Below, one piece after another: positions 9,514-15,696 of a stretch of DNA of 15,696 nt. The stretch's first letter is position 1; every line of letters begins with the position of its first letter. The notes below the pieces were generated by a model. It was given only the letters and a program-made list of their open reading frames with translations, was not told the origin of the DNA and searched no databases. A program made the translations under genes and the position numbers. The DNA is from Azolla caroliniana (taxonomy: Eukaryota > Plantae > Polypodiophyta), in assembly GCA_043228905.1 (NCBI GenBank), contig JBHGNT010000787.1, forward strand, positions 1 to 15,696, read 5' to 3'.

Positions 9514-11164
9514 GATATCGGATTTTGGTGTTTAAACATGCGAATCGAAGGTAACGAAACTAGCCATGATATGGAATTAAAAAATCAGGATTTTGAAACT
9601 CAAGTCGAGAGACATGAAGGAAAAAGCCATTTTGAGGAAGGCGTAGACAAGAGGGACTCAATGAATGAAAATGTTCATAGATGGCTCGTGTGATATCGGA
9701 TTTTGGTGTTTAAACATGCGAATCGAAGGTAACGAATCTAGCCATGATATGGAATTAAAAAATAAAGATTTTGATACTCATATCGAGAAACATGAAGAAA
9801 AAAGCAATTTTGAGGTAGGCGTAGACAAGGGCGCCTCACTGACTGAAAATGTTCCTAGATGGCTTGTGTGATATCGGATTTTGGTGTTTAAACATGCGAA
9901 TCGAAGGTAACGAATATAGCCATGATATGGAATTGAAAAATCAATATTTTGAAACTCAAGTCGAGAGACATGAAGAAAAAAGCAAATTTGAGGAAGGCGT
10001 AGATAAGAGCGCCTCAATGAATGAAAATGTTCATAGAATCCTCGTGTGATATCGGATTTTGGTTTTTAAACATGCGAATCGAAGGTAACGAAACTAGCCA
10101 TGATATGGAATTAAAATATCAAGATTTTGAAACTCAGGTCGAGAGAAATGAAGAAAAAAGCAATTTTGAGGAAGGCGTAGACAAGTGCGCCTCGCTGACT
10201 GAAAATGTTCATAGATGGCGCGTGTGATATCGGATTTTGGTGTTTAAACATGCGAATTGAAGGTAACGAATCTAGCCATGATATGGAATTGGAAAATAAA
10301 GAATTTGATACTCATATCGAGAGACATGAAGAAAAAAGCAATTTTGAGGTAGGCGTAGACAAGAGCGCCTCACTTACTAAAAATGTTCATAGATTCCTCG
10401 TGTGATATCGGATTTTGGTGTTTAAACATGCGAATCTAAGGTAACGAATCTAGCCACGATATGGAATTGAAAAATCAAGATTTTGAAACTCAAGTCGAGA
10501 GACATGAAGAAAAAAGCAATTTTGAGTAAGGCGTCGACAAGAGCGCCACAATGAATGAAAATGTTCATAGATTCCTCGTGTGATATCGGATTTTGGTGTT
10601 TAAACATGCGAATCGAAGGTAACGAATATAGCCAGGATATGGAATTGAAAAAATCAAGATTTAAAAACTCAGGTCGAGAGACATAAAGTAAAAAGCAAAT
10701 TTAAGGAAGGTGTCGACAAGAGCGCCACAATGAATGAAAATGCTCATAGATTGCTCGTGTGATATCGAATTTTGGTGTTTAAACATGCGAATCGAAGGTA
10801 ACGAATCTAGCCATGATATGGAATTAAAAAATCAAGTTTTTCAAACTCAAGTTTTTCAAACTCAAGTCGAGAGACATGAAGGAAAAAGCAAATTTGAGGA
10901 AGGCGTAGACAAGAGCGCCTCACTTACTAAAAATGTTCATAGATGGCTCGTGTGATATCGGATTTTGGTGTTTAAACATGCGAATCGAAGGTAACGAATC
11001 TAGCCATGATATGGAATTAAAAAATAAAGAATTTGCTACTCATATCGAGAGACATGAAGAATAAAGCAATTTTGAGGTAGCCGTAGACAAGAGCGCCTCA
11101 CTTACTAAAAATGTTCATAGATTCCTCGTGTGATATCGGATTTTGGTGTTTAAACATGCGAATC
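9389..11164. repeat. ~1.77-kb (10-monomer) block duplicated at 12573-14334
   Basis: ORFs 9487/12671 and 9665/12849 match at offset 3184. ORFs 10021/13191, 10205/13375 and 10734/13904 match at offset 3170. Shared private variants: ggaaaaagccatt, acaagggcgcc, tagaatcctc, caagtgcgcctcgc, gatggcgcgtg, gaagaataaagc and a 15-bp duplication. Confidence 0.92.
10832..10861. repeat. 15-bp tandem duplication TCAAGTTTTTCAAAC giving a 193-bp monomer; second copy at 14002-14031
   Basis: Sequence reads tcaagtttttcaaac tcaagtttttcaaac tcaagtcg. It appears as QVFQTQVFQTQ in the ORF track. Confidence 0.93.
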
Positions 11165-11488
11165 GAAGGTAACGAATATAGCCATGATATGGAATTAAAA
11201 AATAAAGATTTTCAAACTCAGGTCGAGAAACATGAAGAAAAAAGAAATTTTGAGGAAGGCGTCGACAAGAGCGTCTCAATGAATGAAAATGTTCATAGAT
11301 TCTTCGTGTGATATCGGATTTTGGTGTTTAAACATGCGAATCGAAGGTAACGAATATAGCCATGATATGGAATTGAAAAAATCAAGATTTAAAAACTCAG
11401 GTCGAGAGACATAAAGTAAAAAGCAAATTTAAGGAAGGTGTCGACAAGAGCGCCACAATGAATGAAAATGCTCATAGATTGCTCGTGT

Positions 11489-11806
11489 GATATCGGATTT
11501 TGGTGTTTAAACATGCGAATCGAAGGTAACGACTCTAGCCATGATATGGAATTAAAAAATCAAGATTTTCAAACTCAAGTCGAGAGACATGAAGGAAAAA
11601 GCAAATTTGAGGAAGGCGTAGACAACAGCGCCTCACTTACTAAAAATTAAACATGCGAATCGAAGGTAACGAATCTAGCCATGATATGGAACTAAAAAAT
11701 AAAGAATTTGATACTCATATCGAGAAACATGAAGAAAAAAGCAATTTTGAGGTAGGCGTAGACAAGAGCGCCTCACTGACTAAAAATGTTCATAGATGGC
11801 TCGTGT
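11489..11806. repeat. 318-bp fused dimer (38-bp deletion at ~11647 removing a GATATC landmark)
   Basis: Sequence reads CTTACTAAAAAT|TAAACATGCG; landmark GATATC spacing 11489->11807 = 356-38. Confidence 0.9.
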
Positions 11807-14586
11807 GATATCGGATTTTGGTGTTTAAACATGCGAATCGAAGGTAACGAAACTAGCCATGATATCGAATTAAAAAATCAAGATTTTGCAACTCAGGTCG
11901 AGAGACATGAACGAAAAAGCAATTTTGAGGAAGGCGTAGACAAGAGCGCCTCAATGAATGAAAATGTTCATAGATTCCTCGTGTGATATCGGATTTTGGT
12001 GTTTAAACATGCGAATCGAAGGTAACGAATATAGCCATGATATGGAATTGAAAAAATCAAGATTTAAAAACTCAGGTCGAGAGACATAAAGTAAAAAGCA
12101 AATTTAAGGAAGGTGTCGACAAGAGCGCCACAATGAATGAAAATGCTCATAGATGGCTTGTGTGATATCGGATTTTGGTGTTTAAACATGCGAATCGAAG
12201 GTAACGAATATAGCCAGGATATGGAATTGAAAAATGAAGATGTAAAAACTCTGGTCGAGAGACATAAAGAAAAAAGCAAATTTGAGGAAGGCGTAGACAA
12301 CAGCGCCTCACTGACTGAAAATGTTCCTAGATGGCTTGTGTGATATCGGATTTTGGTGTTTAAACCTGCGAATCGAAGGTAACGAATATAGCCATGATAT
12401 GGAATTGAAAAATCAAGATTTAAAAACTCAGGTCCAGAGACATGAAGTAAAAAGCAAATTTAAGGAAGCCGTCGACAAGAGCGCCACAATGAATGAAAAT
12501 GTTAATAGATGGCTCGTGTGATATCGGATTTTGGTGTTTAAACATGCGAATCGAAGGTAACGAATATAGCCATGATATGGAATTGAAAAATCAGGATTTA
12601 AAAATTCTGGTCGAGAGACATGAAGGAAAAAGCCATTTTGAGGAAGGCGTAGACAAGAGCGCCTCAATGGATGAAAATGTTCATAGATTCCTCGTGTGAT
12701 ATCGGATTTTGGTGTTTAAACATGCGAATCGAAGGTAACGAAACTAGCCATGATATGGAATTAAAAAATCAGGATTTTGAAACTCAAGTCGAGAGACATG
12801 AAGGAAAAAGCCATTTTGAGGAAGGCGTAGACAAGAGCGACTCAATGAATGAAAATGTTCATAGATGGCTCGTGTGATATCGGATTTTGGTGTTTAAACA
12901 TGCGAATCGAAGGTAACGAATCTAGCCATGATATGGAATTAAAAAATAAAGATTTTGATACTCATATCGAGAGACATGAAGAAAAAAGCAATTTTGAGGT
13001 AGGCGTAGACAAGGGCGCCTCACTGACTGAAAATGTTCCTAGATGGCTTGTGTGATATCGGATTTTGGTGTTTAAACATGCGAATCGAAGGTAACGAATA
13101 TAGCCATGATATGGAATTTTGATACTCAAGTCGAGAGACATGAAGAAAAAAGCAAATTTGAGGAAGGCGTAGATAAGAGCGCCTCAATGAATGAAAATGT
13201 TCATAGAATCCTCGTGTGATATCGGATTTTGGTTTTTAAACATGCGAATCGAAGGTAACGAAACTAGCCATGATATGGAATTAAAATATCAAGATTTTGA
13301 AACTCAGGTCGAGAGAAATGAAGAAAAAAGCAATTTTGAGGAAGGCGTAGACAAGTGCGCCTCGCTGACTGAAAATGTTCATAGATGGCGCGTGTGATAT
13401 CGGATTTTGGTGTTTAAACATGCGAATTGAAGGTAACGAATCTAGCCATGATATGGAATTGAAAAATAAAGAATTTGATACTCATATCGAGAGACATGAA
13501 GAAAAAAGCAATTTTGAGGTAGGCGTAGACAAGAGCGCCTCACTTACTAAAAATGTTCATAGATTCCTCGTGTGATATCGGATTTTGGTGTTTAAACATG
13601 CGAATCGAAGGTAACGAATCTAGCCACGATATGGAATTGAAAAATCAAGATTTTGAAACTCAAGTCGAGAGACATGAAGAAAAAAGCAATTTTGAGGAAG
13701 GCGTCGACAAGAGCGCCACAATGAATGAAAATGTTCATAGATTCCTCGTGTGATATCGGATTTTGGTGTTTAAACATGCGAATCGAAGGTAACGAATATA
13801 GCCAGGATATGGAATTGAAAAAATCAAGATTTAAAAACTCAGGTCGAGAGACATAAAGTAAAAAGCAAATTTAAGGAAGGTGTCGACAAGAGCGCCACAA
13901 TGAATGAAAATGCTCATAGATTGCTCGTGTGATATCGGATTTTGGTGTTTAAACATGCGAATCGAAGGTAACGAATCTAGCCATGATATGGAATTAAAAA
14001 ATCAAGTTTTTCAAATTCAAGTTTTTCAAACTCAAGTCGAGAGACATGAAGGAAAAAGCAAATTTGAGGAAGGCGTAGACAAGAGCGCCTCACTTACTAA
14101 AAATGTTCATAGATGGCTCGTGTGATATCGGATTTTGGTGTTTAAACATGCGAATCGAAGGTAACGAATCTAGCCATGATATGGAATTAAAAAATCAAGA
14201 ATTTGATACTCATATCGAGAGACATGAAGAATAAAGCAATTTTGAGGTAGGCGTAGACAAGAGCGCCTCACTTACTAAAAATGTTCATAGATTCCTCGTG
14301 TGATATCGGATTTTGGTGTTTAAACATGCGAATCTAAGGTAACGAATCTAGCCATGATATGGAATTAAAAAATCAAGATTTTGAAACTCAAGTCAAGATA
14401 CATGACGAAAACAGCAATTTTGAGGAAGGCGTAGACAAAAGCGCCTCACTGACTGACTATGGTCATAGATTCCTCGTGTGATATCGGATTTTGGTGTTTA
14501 AACATGCGAATCGAAGGTAACAAAACTAGCCACGATATGGAATTGAAAAATCAAGATTTTGAAACTCAAGTCGAGAGACATGAAGA

Positions 14587-15696
14587 AAAAAGCAAATTTG
14601 AGGAAGGCGTAGACAAGAGCGCCTCACTGACTGAATATGTTCATAGATGGCTCGTGTGATATCGGATTTTGGTGTTTAAACATGCGAATCGAAGGTAACG
14701 AATATAGCCACGACATGGAATTGAAAAATCAAGATTTTGATACTCATATCGAGAGACATGAAGAAAAAAGCAATTTTGAGGAAGGCGTAGACAAGAGCGC
14801 CTCACTGACTGAAAATGTTCATAGATGGCTCGTGTGGTATCGGATTTTGGTGTTTAAACATGAAAATCGAAGGTAACGAATATAGGCATGATATGGAATT
14901 GAAAAATCAAGATTTAAAAACTCTGGTCGAGAGACATAAAGAAAAAAGCAATTTTGAAGAAGGCGTAGACAAGAGCGCCTCACTGACTGAAAATGTTCCT
15001 AGATGGCTTGTGTGATATCGGATTTTGGTGTTTAAACCTGCGAATCGAAGGTAACGAATATAGCCATGATATGGAATTGAAAAATCAAGATTTAAAAACT
15101 CAGGTCCAGAGACATGAAGTAAAAAGCAAATTTGAGGAAGGCGTAGACAAGAGCGCCTCACTGACTGAATATGTTCATAGATGGCTTGTGTGATATCGGA
15201 TTTTGGTGTTTAAACATGCGAATCGAAGGTAACGAATATAGCCACGACATGGAATTGAAAAATCAAGATTTTGAAACTCAAGTCGAGAGACATGAAGAAA
15301 AAAGCAATTTTGAGGAAGGCGTAGACAAGAGCGCCTCACTGACTGAAAATGTTCATAGATGGCTCGTGTGGTATCGGATTTTGGTGTTTAAACATGAAAA
15401 TCGAAGGTAACGAATATAGGCATGATATGGAATTGAAAAATCAAGATTTAAAAACTCTGGTCGAGAGACATAAAGAAAAAAGCAATTTTGAAGAAGGCGT
15501 AGACAAGAGCGCCTCACTGACTGAAAATGTTCCTAGATGGCTTGTGTGATATCGGATTTTGGTGTTTAAACCTGCGAATCGAAGGTAACGAATATAGCCA
15601 TGATATGGAATTAAAAAATCAAGATTTAAAAACTCAGGTCCAGAGACATGAAGTAAAAAGCAAATTTGAGGAAGGCGTAGACAAGAGCGCCTCACT
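14587..15696. repeat. 534-bp trimer higher-order repeat, about 2 tandem copies, running off the window end
   Basis: ORFs 14637/15171 and 14815/15349 match at offset 534. Shared variants: ccacgacatgg, gtgtggtatc, aaacatgaaaatc, tataggcatg, ctctggtc, gttcctag, aaacctgcg, ggtccagag. Confidence 0.92.

Larger units (their letters stand above)
1..15696. repeat. Tandem satellite DNA array, 178-bp monomer, ~91 copies head-to-tail; probable (peri)centromeric or heterochromatic satellite that continues beyond both window edges
   Basis: The landmark GTGTGATATCGGATTTTG recurs with GATATC at 165, 343, 521 ... 631, 809, 987, 1165 ... 7938, 8116, 8294, 8472, 8650, 8828, 9006, 9184, 9362 (178-bp steps). The ORF track repeats the same peptide every 178 bp. 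The centromeric/heterochromatic role is inferred from monomer size only. Confidence 0.98.

Noticed and set aside
604-15549. Dozens of 62-79 aa + strand ORFs (MFIDSSCDIGFWCLNMRIEGN...) resembling a tandem peptide gene family or a frameshift-linked repeat protein
   Set aside because: They are the monomer read through once. Because 178 is not a multiple of 3, each ORF overlaps the next in a shifted frame with no intergenic space. Many monomers carry nonsense changes (TAA, TGA, TAG) or frameshifting indels, variants are largely non-synonymous, and I recognise no domain. A dN/dS near 1 and no Ribo-seq signal would confirm this.
9778-15695. Sporadic minus-strand ORFs of 61-84 aa
   Set aside because: They appear only where chance substitutions remove stops or create an ATG in the repeat.
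1-15696. CRISPR array or repeat-spacer/cassette system
   Set aside because: There are no unique spacers; the entire unit is repeated. No cas, integrase or leader sequence is present.

Overview
The whole window is one head-to-tail tandem satellite array of a ~178-bp, ~38% GC monomer (about 91 copies, one orientation, no unique sequence, no inversion or transposon insertion seen). Approximate consensus, phased at GATATC: GATATCGGATTTTGGTGTTTAAACATGCGAATCGAAGGTAACGAA(AC/TA)TAGCCATGATATGGAATT(A/G)AAAAATCAAGATTTTGAAACTCA(G/A)GTCGAGAGACATGAAGAAAAAAGCAA(T/A)TTTGAGGAAGGCGTAGACAAGAGCGCCTCA(CTGAC/ATGAA)TGAAAATGTTCATAGAT(TC/GG)CTCGTGT. The nucleosome-sized unit is typical of eukaryotic (peri)centromeric or heterochromatic satellite. 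I do not recognise the family or organism. The many 60-80 aa ORFs are translations of the repeat, not genes. The informative structure lies above and inside the monomer: nested higher-order duplications (offsets 466/1576, 356, 534, 2137/2849 and 3184/3170 bp), microhomology-bounded indel monomers, a 26-bp deletion exactly at a switch between two repeat lineages, a hyper-divergent patch lineage, a probable micro gene-conversion tract and co-varying alleles. I found no evidence of a novel protein-coding or CRISPR-like system. All alignments were done by eye.
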